Virus record (IMG/VR): IMGVR_UViG_3300045988_125846
Coordinates: 64,001-128,000 of that record
Reading direction: 5' to 3' (one strand)
DNA length: 64,000 nucleotides
From: a virus
Shown: positions 9,195 to 17,722 of the stretch, piece by piece
Layout of the letters: each line of letters starts with the position of its first letter
Position numbering within the stretch: position 1 is the first letter of the stretch
Program-made: the position numbers and the translations under genes
The notes under the pieces: model-generated
What the model was told of the DNA's origin: nothing
Seen by the model: the letters and a program-made list of their open reading frames with translations, nothing else
Databases searched by the model: none

Positions 9195-9223
9195 ATAATA
9201 CTCCAAACATTTGTTCTTGTCAA
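9195..9223 (-). promoter_or_regulatory. sigma-A-type promoter (TTGACA-17-TATTAT) upstream of the tRNA-Gln/tRNA-Met pair
   Basis: rc of 9195-9223 reads TTGACAagaacaaatgtttggagTATTAT. Confidence 0.45.
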
Positions 9224-9295
9224 CGCATTTCCAGAACATTCGTTCGAGATTTGTTCGTTTAATATTTTTATTATATAATACTTCAAGTCCTATAA

Positions 9296-9547
9296 TCAGG
9301 ACACTATTTGGGGAAACTTAATATTATGCACAATAAATTCCTGCACTCCATCCAGCGAAAGCAACCCAAAAAAGTCATTATCTTGATAATTAATTGTGTT
9401 TGCCCTATTTATTATTCGCTTTCCTTCATCAACAGTTATCTGTCTTGGTCTTGTATGGATAAAAGTCATACCGTTGAAGGAATCAACCCATATTTTGCCA
9501 GGTGTTTCATCAATCATTTTTTTTGCTATTTCTTTATCTACATACAT
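9296..9547 (-). CDS. hypothetical protein (overlaps the stop of the MazF-like gene by 1 nt)
   Basis: 83 aa, translationally coupled (ATGA overlap) to the upstream toxin-like gene. Confidence 0.55.
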   Translation of the reverse strand: MYVDKEIAKKMIDETPGKIWVDSFNGMTFIHTRPRQITVDEGKRIINRANTINYQDNDFFGLLSLDGVQEFIVHNIKFPQIVS

Positions 9548-9927
9548 TATGCCATTACCTCCTCAAGCTTGTAGTCTGTTCCAAAAAATAAAGAATTAAA
9601 GCATACTTTATCTACCATTCTTTTATTTTTATCATCAGTAATAGTTCCAATTTTTGAGATCACTTCATCTTTTGAGATTGTTGTGATCTGCTCACCTAAC
9701 GCCATAGAATATAATGTTAATCCATTATTTTCATTTGCTTGAATACATCCATGACAAGGCATGTTTGTCTTTTTAATCTTACTTGTCAAAGGCATCACTG
9801 TTATAATCGGAGCATATTTCGTACCCAATGGATTACTTACTATTACATAAGGTCTTTCATTCGCTTGTACCGAATTTCCTTCATAATTGATTTTTGCCTT
9901 TATTATGTCGTATCTCTGTAAATCCAT
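9547..9927 (-). CDS. mazF: MazF/PemK-family endoribonuclease toxin homolog
   Basis: RYDIIKAKI..NERPYVIVSNPLGTKYAPIITVMPLTSKIKKTNMPCHGCI..ISKIGTITDDKNKRMVDKV aligns by eye along the whole length of B. subtilis EndoA. GGAGGAG RBS. Confidence 0.8.
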   Translation of the reverse strand: MDLQRYDIIKAKINYEGNSVQANERPYVIVSNPLGTKYAPIITVMPLTSKIKKTNMPCHGCIQANENNGLTLYSMALGEQITTISKDEVISKIGTITDDKNKRMVDKVCFNSLFFGTDYKLEEVMA

Positions 9928-9984
9928 ATGTACTCCTCCTCTCTTTTGTGTTTATGTACTTGTGGATTACCTTTGATACTTCGC

Positions 9985-10013
9985 ATTATAGCAAGTTGTC
10001 ATCAACTTGTCAA
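9985..10013 (-). promoter_or_regulatory. perfect consensus promoter (TTGACA-17-TATAAT) for the MazF-like operon
   Basis: rc reads TTGACAagttgatgacaacttgcTATAAT. The spacer contains the palindrome CAAGTTG-tcat-CAACTTG (9992-10009). Confidence 0.6.
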
Positions 10014-10040
10014 TGGGTTTATGTCAGTTTTTTAAAATAA

Positions 10041-10069
10041 TTGACATATAGTTTGCAACAACTTATAAT
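10041..10069 (+). promoter_or_regulatory. perfect consensus promoter (TTGACA-17-TATAAT) for the RHH gene
   Basis: TTGACAtatagtttgcaacaactTATAAT. Further CAACTT half-sites lie in and after the spacer. Confidence 0.6.
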
Positions 10070-10099
10070 CAACTTATATTAATAAAGGAGATATTTACT

Positions 10100-10270
10100 A
10101 TGCCACAAGGAAAAATCAAAGATGAAAACACAAGGGTTATGGTGCTTCTTTCTAAAGATATAAAAGAAAAGGCAGCCAGAATTGCAACAGCAGATGGACG
10201 CTCGTTATCTGGTTGGATTCGTAACCTCGTAACAAATGAAGTTAATAAGTTTGACGACACTAAGAAATAG
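10100..10270 (+). CDS. ribbon-helix-helix (CopG/Arc-like) DNA-binding protein
   Basis: 56 aa ORF below the track cutoff: MPQGKIKDENTRVMVLLSKDIKEKAARIATADGRSLSGWIRNLVTNEV. AAAGGAG RBS. It is the only plus-strand gene in the left arm. Confidence 0.65.
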   Translation: MPQGKIKDENTRVMVLLSKDIKEKAARIATADGRSLSGWIRNLVTNEVNKFDDTKK

Positions 10271-10283
10271 TGTCGTTTACATA

Positions 10284-10478
10284 TTACACAAACTTTACAA
10301 GATCAAATGGTTTAACTTCCATCACATTTGCTACAAGTTCTAATACTGCCAGATCTGGAACTGCACTTCCATTTTCCCATTTACTAATTGTACTTGGTGC
10401 AATATCAGCCATTTTCGCAAGTCCTCTTACTGTTATTCTTTTTTCGGTTCTGATTTTCTTTCCAATATATTCAACCAT
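10284..10478 (-). CDS. XRE-family helix-turn-helix regulator
   Basis: ITVRGLAKMADIAPSTISKWENG is an HTH_3 signature. Start set to the ATG with GGAG 8 nt upstream. Confidence 0.75.
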   Translation of the reverse strand: MVEYIGKKIRTEKRITVRGLAKMADIAPSTISKWENGSAVPDLAVLELVANVMEVKPFDLVKFV

Positions 10479-10480
10479 AA

Positions 10481-11461
10481 TCACATCTCCATCAATTTCT
10501 CTTTCATTCCCACTGCACCATTCGCATAGTTATTAACTGTTGTATTTACACTACTATGTCCAAGCTGTTGCTGCACGAATGCAAGATTTCCATTCTGATT
10601 CATTACACTGGCATAATAATGTCTCATCATATGTGGAGTAATACCATTTCCATAATTCTCAAATATCTGTTTGATATTTCTTTCTGTTGTACGTGTACCA
10701 TTTTTATTTACGAACACAGCTTCTTTGTCTACAATATTATTCAATGTATTTCTGTACTCTAGCCATTCTTTTATAGCTTTTAAAGCAGATCCGCTAAGAT
10801 ATACCGTTCTATTTTGCATTTCTCTGTACACACCTTTACCAAGAATAGTAATATATGGCATTTCTTCTTCTAAATGCAAATCAGATAAATCCAAGCCAGC
10901 AAGTTCAGACTCTCTTATTCCAGTCCCTCTTAAGACACGAAAAATAGCAATATTTCTATTTCTTACAGGAATATCCTTTTTCCACATTATCTTTTCTTCC
11001 ATATCATTAAGCTGTTTTTCTGTTGGAAGTTTTTTAGTTAAATTGTTTCCAGATGGAATTCCTTTATATGTTACATCTTTAAAGAATCCATCTTTAATTT
11101 CGGTTCCCTTCACTCTACTCATATAATCCCAAAAACTGCTTATAATATGTTTCCTGGTTTCCAATGTAGTTGGTGACATACCATTCTGTTCTTTAGTTTT
11201 CAAATATAATGTAATATCCTCTGCCATAATATCAGTAAAATCCGATGGCTCAATATCTGAAATATTTGTTTTATCAATAAGTTTCTCTTCAATAAACCAA
11301 TTGAGCAAATCTACAATAACTCCAAGATAATTCAATGCACCTGCTTTACTCTCTATTTTAACAGTGAAATATTTTCTCATATATATAGGAAGATTTAACT
11401 CATCTAACTTCCTATTGAGTTTTTCTGCGTTTTTATTTTGAACTTCAATTTTATAACACAT
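10481..11461 (-). CDS. tyrosine recombinase / integrase (XerC/D-like)
   Basis: N-terminal SAM-like core-binding region, RGTGIRESEL (catalytic R), HMMRHYYAS (H-x-x-R) and LGHSSVNTTVNNY (H..Y). Confidence 0.85.
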   Translation of the reverse strand: MCYKIEVQNKNAEKLNRKLDELNLPIYMRKYFTVKIESKAGALNYLGVIVDLLNWFIEEKLIDKTNISDIEPSDFTDIMAEDITLYLKTKEQNGMSPTTLETRKHIISSFWDYMSRVKGTEIKDGFFKDVTYKGIPSGNNLTKKLPTEKQLNDMEEKIMWKKDIPVRNRNIAIFRVLRGTGIRESELAGLDLSDLHLEEEMPYITILGKGVYREMQNRTVYLSGSALKAIKEWLEYRNTLNNIVDKEAVFVNKNGTRTTERNIKQIFENYGNGITPHMMRHYYASVMNQNGNLAFVQQQLGHSSVNTTVNNYANGAVGMKEKLMEM

Positions 11462-11466
11462 AATTA

Positions 11467-11748
11467 TCACTCCCTTGTGTAATCTGCTATCGCTTTTGCA
11501 ATAGCTTTAGCTGCTCTTTTACTTTTTAATGATTTCTGAATCGATTCTGTATTCCAAAAGACATCACTAAACTCAGCTAACTCACCACCGCAATTCCAAT
11601 TCGGAATACTAAAGAATCCTCCATTTACATATTCTCCGAAAATCACACTATAATAATTTCCATTATACTCAACACCTATATGGTGAATATTTTCAACATA
11701 AGTATCACCATTATAACTGATTTTATAATTTTCCATACTATATTCCAC
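11467..11748 (-). CDS. hypothetical protein
   Basis: 93 aa, co-oriented, abuts the integrase gene. Confidence 0.55.
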   Translation of the reverse strand: MEYSMENYKISYNGDTYVENIHHIGVEYNGNYYSVIFGEYVNGGFFSIPNWNCGGELAEFSDVFWNTESIQKSLKSKRAAKAIAKAIADYTRE

Positions 11749-11752
11749 CTTC

Positions 11753-12019
11753 CTACATATTATTCTCTACTTTATCCGTATAATAACGTGATCTAATTCG
11801 TTGAGCATAATCCAACATTTCCAGATAATCGTCACACCAACGAATTTCTACGTTTTTCGTGATTTCTCCATTACAGCCTTCATTAAAACATGTTAAGTCT
11901 TTGATATGTTTCTTTTTACGCTGATTTCCATTTCTCTGTATACCACTTCCTAACTGATTAATTTTCATACAGTGAAGACATAAAAATCTTGAAGCTCTTT
12001 TTGGATTTCCCATATTCAT
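11753..12019 (-). CDS. hypothetical Cys-cluster (zinc-binding?) protein
   Basis: CLHC...CFNEGC motif. GAGGTGA RBS before MNMGNPK. Confidence 0.5.
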   Translation of the reverse strand: MNMGNPKRASRFLCLHCMKINQLGSGIQRNGNQRKKKHIKDLTCFNEGCNGEITKNVEIRWCDDYLEMLDYAQRIRSRYYTDKVENNM

Positions 12020-12078
12020 TATTATCACCTCGTTTTCTGTATTAAAAAAGAAGCAGTTTATTCTGCTTCTACTTTCAT

Positions 12079-12345
12079 TTATTCCAAATATTTATATTTT
12101 CCAGTTTCAACCAACTTATTTATAAGTGTTTCAAGAAAATTAACACAGGATTCATATGTATTTCCTTCGAAAATAACTTCGTTAATAGCTGTATTTTTTA
12201 CATACCATTCTATCTTATTATCGGTGGAGATGACTGCCATTATCCAATAGCTGAATTGATGTTCCTCCTCTCCGTACATTCGGATTTTATCCCAAACAAT
12301 CTCCATTGTAGATAGTTTATTTTTTAACAAGTCCAAATTTATCAT
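12079..12345 (-). CDS. hypothetical protein
   Basis: 88 aa, AGAGGGG RBS. Confidence 0.55.
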   Translation of the reverse strand: MINLDLLKNKLSTMEIVWDKIRMYGEEEHQFSYWIMAVISTDNKIEWYVKNTAINEVIFEGNTYESCVNFLETLINKLVETGKYKYLE

Positions 12346-12372
12346 AATTTTCCCCTCTAAATGTCTGTTTCA

Positions 12373-12531
12373 TCAGGTTTTCAAATCATCAAATTTATGT
12401 TTTCTAGCCACAGCTCTGCATACTTCTTTAATAACATTTCTCTGTCTTTCTGTTTCTGCTTTTTTAAGCAACTCTTGTTTTACTTCCTCAATAACAGATT
12501 TTTGCGCATTATATAAGACACGTTCATTCAT
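12373..12531 (-). CDS. hypothetical small protein
   Basis: 52 aa ORF below the track cutoff (MNERVLYNAQKSVIEEVKQELLKKAETERQRN..). GAGGTGA RBS. It fills the gap in the array. Confidence 0.4.
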   Translation of the reverse strand: MNERVLYNAQKSVIEEVKQELLKKAETERQRNVIKEVCRAVARKHKFDDLKT

Positions 12532-12575
12532 TATTATTCACCTCTCTTATATGAAAACAATCTTTCAACAACAAA

Positions 12576-12761
12576 TTATATATTCTGTTGAGCCATTGGA
12601 CATCCAAAACATACTGCACAACCTTTTAGATCCTGTAAATGCCGCTCATTAATCCAGTTTTTATCACTTGCTTGTTCATTGGATATACACACGCCACACT
12701 CCTGCATATTTTTAACTTCGTCTTCTGCATAAAGCTTACCAGAATACTTTCCTAGCCTCAT
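12576..12761 (-). CDS. hypothetical Cys-rich protein
   Basis: 61 aa, AAAGGAG RBS, CGVC..CAVCFGC motif. Confidence 0.5.
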   Translation of the reverse strand: MRLGKYSGKLYAEDEVKNMQECGVCISNEQASDKNWINERHLQDLKGCAVCFGCPMAQQNI

Positions 12762-12794
12762 ATAAATTATCTCCTTTCATATGAAAGCAATTTT

Positions 12795-13172
12795 TCATTT
12801 GATTAATGTATCTACATCAATGTCTGTTTTAAAAACAACGAATGATCCTGGTCTCATTAATTCCTCAGTTTTCTTAGCGGCTTCTCCCCAATCTAATCCT
12901 TCGTAATCTCTCTTTGGAATTTCGATAAAATCAGTTTCGTAAATTTTCTTATGAGTCTTATCTATGTCAACACATCCACTACTATTCAGTTCAGGTCTTC
13001 GTATTTTTACAACATACAGATCATATTTTGTTTCGATTATAAGTATACTTGCCATTTCACATATTCTTCTATCTGGCAACCTACTTATAAGTTTGTTTTT
13101 TATATCATCCATATCTTCTTTATAAAGATGTGATTCATAAACGCAATCTATAAAACTTCCAACTATCTTCAT
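12795..13172 (-). CDS. hypothetical protein
   Basis: Start moved to MKIVGSF (AAAGGAGA 8 nt upstream). Confidence 0.55.
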   Translation of the reverse strand: MKIVGSFIDCVYESHLYKEDMDDIKNKLISRLPDRRICEMASILIIETKYDLYVVKIRRPELNSSGCVDIDKTHKKIYETDFIEIPKRDYEGLDWGEAAKKTEELMRPGSFVVFKTDIDVDTLIK

Positions 13173-13211
13173 ATTAGTTGTCTCCTTTCGCATGAAGGCA
13201 TTTCTTTGGAT

Positions 13212-13490
13212 TTAATACCCAAATTTTTGCATTTTTTCTATATTGAATTTCCAATAAACCATTACCGATGAACCATATTTATTTATAGCATCTTGTCTTA
13301 ATCCTTCACTTGTGAAAATTAATTCAAGCTTTTTTAAATCATTAAATAACTTCTTACTCATTATAGGATAATGACTATCAAATCCTTTACGAACATTTTG
13401 TGTAACAATTTGATAACAAGCTCCATTATCTAAAATTAAATCTTTGTGATCAAGCTCAATTATATCTCTGCCAACTTTTAATTTTACCAT
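13212..13490 (-). CDS. hypothetical protein
   Basis: 92 aa, co-oriented in the packed array. Confidence 0.55.
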   Translation of the reverse strand: MVKLKVGRDIIELDHKDLILDNGACYQIVTQNVRKGFDSHYPIMSKKLFNDLKKLELIFTSEGLRQDAINKYGSSVMVYWKFNIEKMQKFGY

Positions 13491-13536
13491 TTTATTATCA
13501 TCTCCATTCTATTTTCAAAAGAAATCGTCATTTCTT

Positions 13537-13773
13537 TTAACAATAGTTATCCATTGCTGGTATGTTTTGACTTGCAACAATATGTTCATCTTTTATTTGT
13601 GGAGCTGAATCAATAAACTCACCATTGAAATTAACTAGAGCTATTGTATCACTTTCAATACAAATAATTTGTGCTTCAGGATTATATACCTGAATTCTTT
13701 TTAGAATATATTCCATTTTATCAAAGCATTTTTGCATATCACGAATGTCTTTCTCTTTAATACCATTAGTCAT
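13537..13773 (-). CDS. hypothetical protein
   Basis: 78 aa, 1 nt gap to the upstream ORF. Confidence 0.5.
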   Translation of the reverse strand: MTNGIKEKDIRDMQKCFDKMEYILKRIQVYNPEAQIICIESDTIALVNFNGEFIDSAPQIKDEHIVASQNIPAMDNYC

Positions 13774-13774
13774 T

Positions 13775-13972
13775 TTATATCACCTCTTCCAATCTTCCAA
13801 GTAAATCATTCTTTACTTCGATTATAGCATTTAACCTGCCTTTGATCTGTAAATCATATGGACTATCAGTACTTTTTAACAAATTCTCAAGTCTGTCAAT
13901 TTCTGTATTAAGCTCATTAATATATTCTCTTATCTTTTCTCTAATATCAGGATGATTCTCATACTGATACAA
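13775..13972 (-). CDS. hypothetical protein
   Basis: 65 aa, helical/coiled-coil-like. Confidence 0.5.
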   Translation of the reverse strand: MYQYENHPDIREKIREYINELNTEIDRLENLLKSTDSPYDLQIKGRLNAIIEVKNDLLGRLEEVI

Positions 13973-14081
13973 CTTTTCTAATGTTTATTGCATAGACTTA
14001 TTTGCTTCAAAATCAGCCTCACCGTACATATACATTTCTGTATTTGATCCGTCTAAATTCCATTTTACCTTCTGAACTAGC

Positions 14082-14261
14082 TTACTCATTATCATCACCA
14101 TTCTTATATGATTTCAGAATGATATTTTTATCATTATCATAGAAAATTTCCATAGGCATTCCATACACATCCCTTTTACCAAATGCTTTCTCCCTAATTT
14201 CTTTTGGAATAACAATTCTACCTAAATCGTCAAAACGTCTTACAATTCCTGTTGTTATCAC
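14082..14261 (-). CDS. AbrB/SpoVT-type DNA-binding protein (short paralog of 5017-5331)
   Basis: 59 aa GTG-start ORF below the track cutoff: (M)ITTGIVRRFDDLGRIVIPKEIREKAFGKRDVYGMPMEIFYDNDKNIILKSY. Confidence 0.55.
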   Translation of the reverse strand: MITTGIVRRFDDLGRIVIPKEIREKAFGKRDVYGMPMEIFYDNDKNIILKSYKNGDDNE

Positions 14262-14353
14262 TCATATCACTACCTTTCTTTTATTTTACATTATAATATT
14301 CTCTCTTACAATAAAAAATAACTGCTAGTAGAAATACTAGCAGTTAATATTCA

Positions 14354-14623
14354 TCAATGTACATTTTTGATAAATTCTTCAACAAAATCATAGTCTAACA
14401 TTTGTTCATGGTTGACTGGATTCGTTTCAACTGCACATCTGTAGTGGTGACAAAATCCTTGTGTCGCACCACAATCAGGACATTTTCCTTCATCGCCTGC
14501 ATACAAATCAAATTCTTCACCAACTCGAATTCTGTTATAAACTTTTCCTTTATACTTAAATTTTGTGCAATCGCAACCATTAGATGTTCCCATATCTTTT
14601 CCACATAATTCACAAATTACCAT
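14354..14623 (-). CDS. hypothetical Cys-rich (zinc-binding?) protein
   Basis: CELCGK..CDC..CPDCG..CHHYRC clusters. Confidence 0.55.
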   Translation of the reverse strand: MVICELCGKDMGTSNGCDCTKFKYKGKVYNRIRVGEEFDLYAGDEGKCPDCGATQGFCHHYRCAVETNPVNHEQMLDYDFVEEFIKNVH

Positions 14624-15029
14624 ATCTTTTTTCTCCTTTTGAATTTTATTATTATAGATTGATTTATAATATCACCCAATTTTCCAAGAAAGTTTCTATT
14701 CTGGAGTAAGGGCAAGATAATTTATTATTATCAGTTTTAACGACTATAACATCGCCTACACACTGACTATTTATAGTGTATTGTTCCATGTTTAAAACCC
14801 ATAGAATTGTTAATTCCTATAAATTTCGCTCTGAACATATAATACCTCCTGAAATAATTCTTTCATCTCTAATGTAAGCAAACATCACTATCTTCTTTAT
14901 ATTGAGGATGGTTACGATTCATACACATCTATCCAGGGCAAGCCCATGTACAATACAAACACTCTTTACATTTCATATATTACTTCTCCTACAACATTAC
15001 CAAATGAAAGTTAAATTTACTTGGTATTT

Positions 15030-15302
15030 TTATATTATATAGCCTGTAAACCCACCGCAAGTAATATCTGTTAATTCTGGATTTATTTGTGCAAAGCTAA
15101 TATTATCATCTATGCAAATATATAAATAATTTTCATCTACTGAAATGTGTTGTACTTCATATTTTCCATAGGGAATTAACGGGAATTTAATATCGTCAAC
15201 TTTTCCATATGCTAACTGAACAATTTCGTCTTTTTCTGTTGTTCCTTGAATATAAAATCTTGTATTTCCACCTGTTATTGTTAAAATATCTTTTACCGTC
15301 AT
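15030..15302 (-). CDS. hypothetical protein
   Basis: 90 aa, GGAGG RBS. Confidence 0.55.
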   Translation of the reverse strand: MTVKDILTITGGNTRFYIQGTTEKDEIVQLAYGKVDDIKFPLIPYGKYEVQHISVDENYLYICIDDNISFAQINPELTDITCGGFTGYII

Positions 15303-15335
15303 AATAATACCTCCTAAAACTTAGATTTCTTAGTA

Positions 15336-15524
15336 TTAAAACTGCGACCGAATTGTTATCTTTAATACACCATCTGCAATATCCCAGCTCTTAACTGTGA
15401 AATATCCATAGGAAGAAATTGCTTCCTGTACATGATTATATCTATGTGTGCTAAAATCATAACTATCGTAAATTTTAATATGATTATCTCCATTAAAATT
15501 TTCAAGAAAATCTTTAATTTTCAT
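15336..15524 (-). CDS. hypothetical protein
   Basis: 62 aa, AGGAGAA RBS. Confidence 0.5.
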   Translation of the reverse strand: MKIKDFLENFNGDNHIKIYDSYDFSTHRYNHVQEAISSYGYFTVKSWDIADGVLKITIRSQF

Positions 15525-15573
15525 ACACTATTATTCTCCTTTCCATTCCACAAGAAAACTTGGTTTCATTGAC

Positions 15574-15831
15574 TTATTTTATATAGATACTTGGTTCACT
15601 CTTTATTAATAAACTAACTAGATTCCCAAATTTTTCATGAGCTGCATTAAGAATAAGTTCTTCCAGATCTCTTAATTCCCAATACTGTAAATTTTCTGCT
15701 AGATGATTTAATGTACAATCTGGTTTAAGTTTCCCGGATTTATATTTCCATTCATTTATATCATTGCACAAATTTAATAAACCATTTGCATCCATATGAT
15801 CTATATAATATTTCACTTCATCTCTACTCAT
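15574..15831 (-). CDS. hypothetical protein
   Basis: Start moved to MSRDEVKYY (GGAGG 6 nt upstream). Confidence 0.55.
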   Translation of the reverse strand: MSRDEVKYYIDHMDANGLLNLCNDINEWKYKSGKLKPDCTLNHLAENLQYWELRDLEELILNAAHEKFGNLVSLLIKSEPSIYIK

Positions 15832-15859
15832 AATCAACCTCCAATTTTCCAATTGAAAA

Positions 15860-16066
15860 CTATTTAATTCCAACTTCCTTACACAATTCTAAAAACTCAT
15901 CCTGGCTAATTTGCATTTCTGGTTTAATAGTTGTCTCATAATAATGAATTGTATCTGCCGCAAGATTATAATTCTTATCAGACTTTGCAAGATCAACCAT
16001 TGATTCCAATGTAAATTTTACGATTCCTATGTATGTCTTCTTATCTATTTTATCCATATTATTCAC
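15860..16066 (-). CDS. hypothetical protein
   Basis: 68 aa, co-oriented. Confidence 0.5.
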   Translation of the reverse strand: MNNMDKIDKKTYIGIVKFTLESMVDLAKSDKNYNLAADTIHYYETTIKPEMQISQDEFLELCKEVGIK

Positions 16067-16091
16067 TCCAATCTTCCAATGAATCTATTAT

Positions 16092-16283
16092 TTAAACGCC
16101 AAATACTTTCTGATTAAATCCAAATAAATTGATCCATTTATCGTGACAAAAATTAATTGTCATCCTATACCCACATTTTGTAAAATGCCTTATAATTATA
16201 CAAAATGGTTTGTTACCAGTTGTATCACCAATCTGAATATACCAATCATGATTGCCAATATGTTTCAACTTTTTAAACTTCAT
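16092..16283 (-). CDS. hypothetical protein
   Basis: 63 aa, GGAGG RBS. Confidence 0.5.
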   Translation of the reverse strand: MKFKKLKHIGNHDWYIQIGDTTGNKPFCIIIRHFTKCGYRMTINFCHDKWINLFGFNQKVFGV

Positions 16284-16307
16284 AATCTACCTCCAACATT
16301 TTCTCTT

Positions 16308-16556
16308 TCATACTATATCATTCAATAGCTCAATTACTTCATCAAGTTTGTCACTTGCTTCTTCCATACTATCAATTGCATCTTCAGAACACATTCCTCT
16401 GTAACTGCTTTGTAATCCTTCTGGCATATTATCAAATGCGTCCTGTTCTTCATTAAGTATGGAAGATAACTCACTTGATATCTGTTTTAATTCAGTTTGT
16501 GTACTCTGAATCCTTGCTTTAAGTTTACCTATTTTTTCTCTTCTTTGTTTATTCAT
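16308..16556 (-). CDS. hypothetical coiled-coil protein
   Basis: 82 aa, heptad-like and acidic. 1 nt overlap with the upstream ORF. Confidence 0.55.
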   Translation of the reverse strand: MNKQRREKIGKLKARIQSTQTELKQISSELSSILNEEQDAFDNMPEGLQSSYRGMCSEDAIDSMEEASDKLDEVIELLNDIV

Positions 16557-17185
16557 TACCTATCACCCCATAATGCATGGACTACATCATAATCACTTGG
16601 CATACATGTACATGTCAAAGCTCCAAATTTCAACTTATTAAATTCTTCTTTTGTAATTTCAATTCCCATATCGCCATCAACAGTAGTATTGTAATCAAGC
16701 TTTCCTTGACATTCTGGACGGAAATACCATACTCTATAGAACTCTTTACCAGTCTTACTATTTTTACCGCTAAACAAACAGGTAATTGTTCTGCCTGAAC
16801 TAATTTCAGTTGTAACAGTTTTTCCGAAATATGGATTGTATTGACTATATACATTTTTCCCGTATTTTAGATTTTCCTGTTTATCATGTTCACTCATTTC
16901 GAATAACTGCTGTGTACCTCTTCCGTAAGAAGTGTCATACACTTTACTGCTATTCACACCAACTGTAGAATACAACTTAACTCCATTTCTATCAGTTGTT
17001 TCAACTTTCTTTACTCTTTCTCCGTTGATGTACTCATTGCATAATCTATCTGCATAATGCACATTTCCATTTTCATCAACTGTACGAGTAATTTTCTTCA
17101 TATCATAATTATCATAAGCTGCCTTTGCAGCACTTCCTGCATAAATTCCTAAGAATGCCAATAGTCCTCCGAACATATTCATCAA
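16556..17185 (-). CDS. hypothetical protein with an N-terminal transmembrane/signal segment
   Basis: MMNMFGGLLAFLGIYAGSAAKAAY followed by a soluble domain. GGAAGGTGG RBS. Confidence 0.6.
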   Translation of the reverse strand: MMNMFGGLLAFLGIYAGSAAKAAYDNYDMKKITRTVDENGNVHYADRLCNEYINGERVKKVETTDRNGVKLYSTVGVNSSKVYDTSYGRGTQQLFEMSEHDKQENLKYGKNVYSQYNPYFGKTVTTEISSGRTITCLFSGKNSKTGKEFYRVWYFRPECQGKLDYNTTVDGDMGIEITKEEFNKLKFGALTCTCMPSDYDVVHALWGDR

Positions 17186-17207
17186 CCACCTTCCTTATTT
17201 TATATTA

Positions 17208-17360
17208 CTATTTTCTCCACTTTTCCATTTCATCAACCGACTTCTTGTTTAAGTTATTATACATATCTTGTCTCTTACGAGATTCTTCCTTTTTGTTCGC
17301 TCTCCATGGAAGATATATACATAAGTATCCTGCAATTAAAAATCCGATTAACTGTGACAT
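17208..17360 (-). CDS. small single-pass membrane protein
   Basis: 50 aa ORF below the track cutoff (MSQLIGFLIAGYLCIYLPWRANKKEESRKRQ..). GGAGG RBS. Confidence 0.45.
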   Translation of the reverse strand: MSQLIGFLIAGYLCIYLPWRANKKEESRKRQDMYNNLNKKSVDEMEKWRK

Positions 17361-17410
17361 AATAATTACCTCCGTTTTTCCAACTGTTGAATATCATTAC
17401 TATAATTTTA

Positions 17411-17647
17411 TCACATGACTTTAAATTTTGCACTATATATCCAAGTATTAAAATGATCCATATTTAGTAACTTCAATACATCCTCAAAACCTTTAATGAT
17501 ATCCGTTGCAAACAAAAATCCTTTATTGTATCCTTCGTAATTATTATTAGGAATAATTATAAGATACTTTCCATTCTTATGTACTTCATGTCCTCTTTTA
17601 GACATTTCCTTTTTAAATTCTTTGTAATCAAACATAATTTTCACCAT
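17411..17647 (-). CDS. hypothetical protein
   Basis: 78 aa. The start is uncertain (the alternative is MFDYKEF). Confidence 0.5.
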   Translation of the reverse strand: MVKIMFDYKEFKKEMSKRGHEVHKNGKYLIIIPNNNYEGYNKGFLFATDIIKGFEDVLKLLNMDHFNTWIYSAKFKVM

Positions 17648-17722
17648 TCCTTTCCAAAAAAATAAGAGATTGAATATTCCAACCTCTTACATATTCTCCA
17701 AGTAAATTTCCGATTCATTGAA

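Noticed and set aside
8796-9286. Track ORFs 8796-9065, 9062-9286 (minus) and 9093-9278 (plus)
   Set aside because: The first overlaps tRNA-Gln completely. All of them lie in the tRNA leader and promoter region, lack an RBS and have implausible composition.
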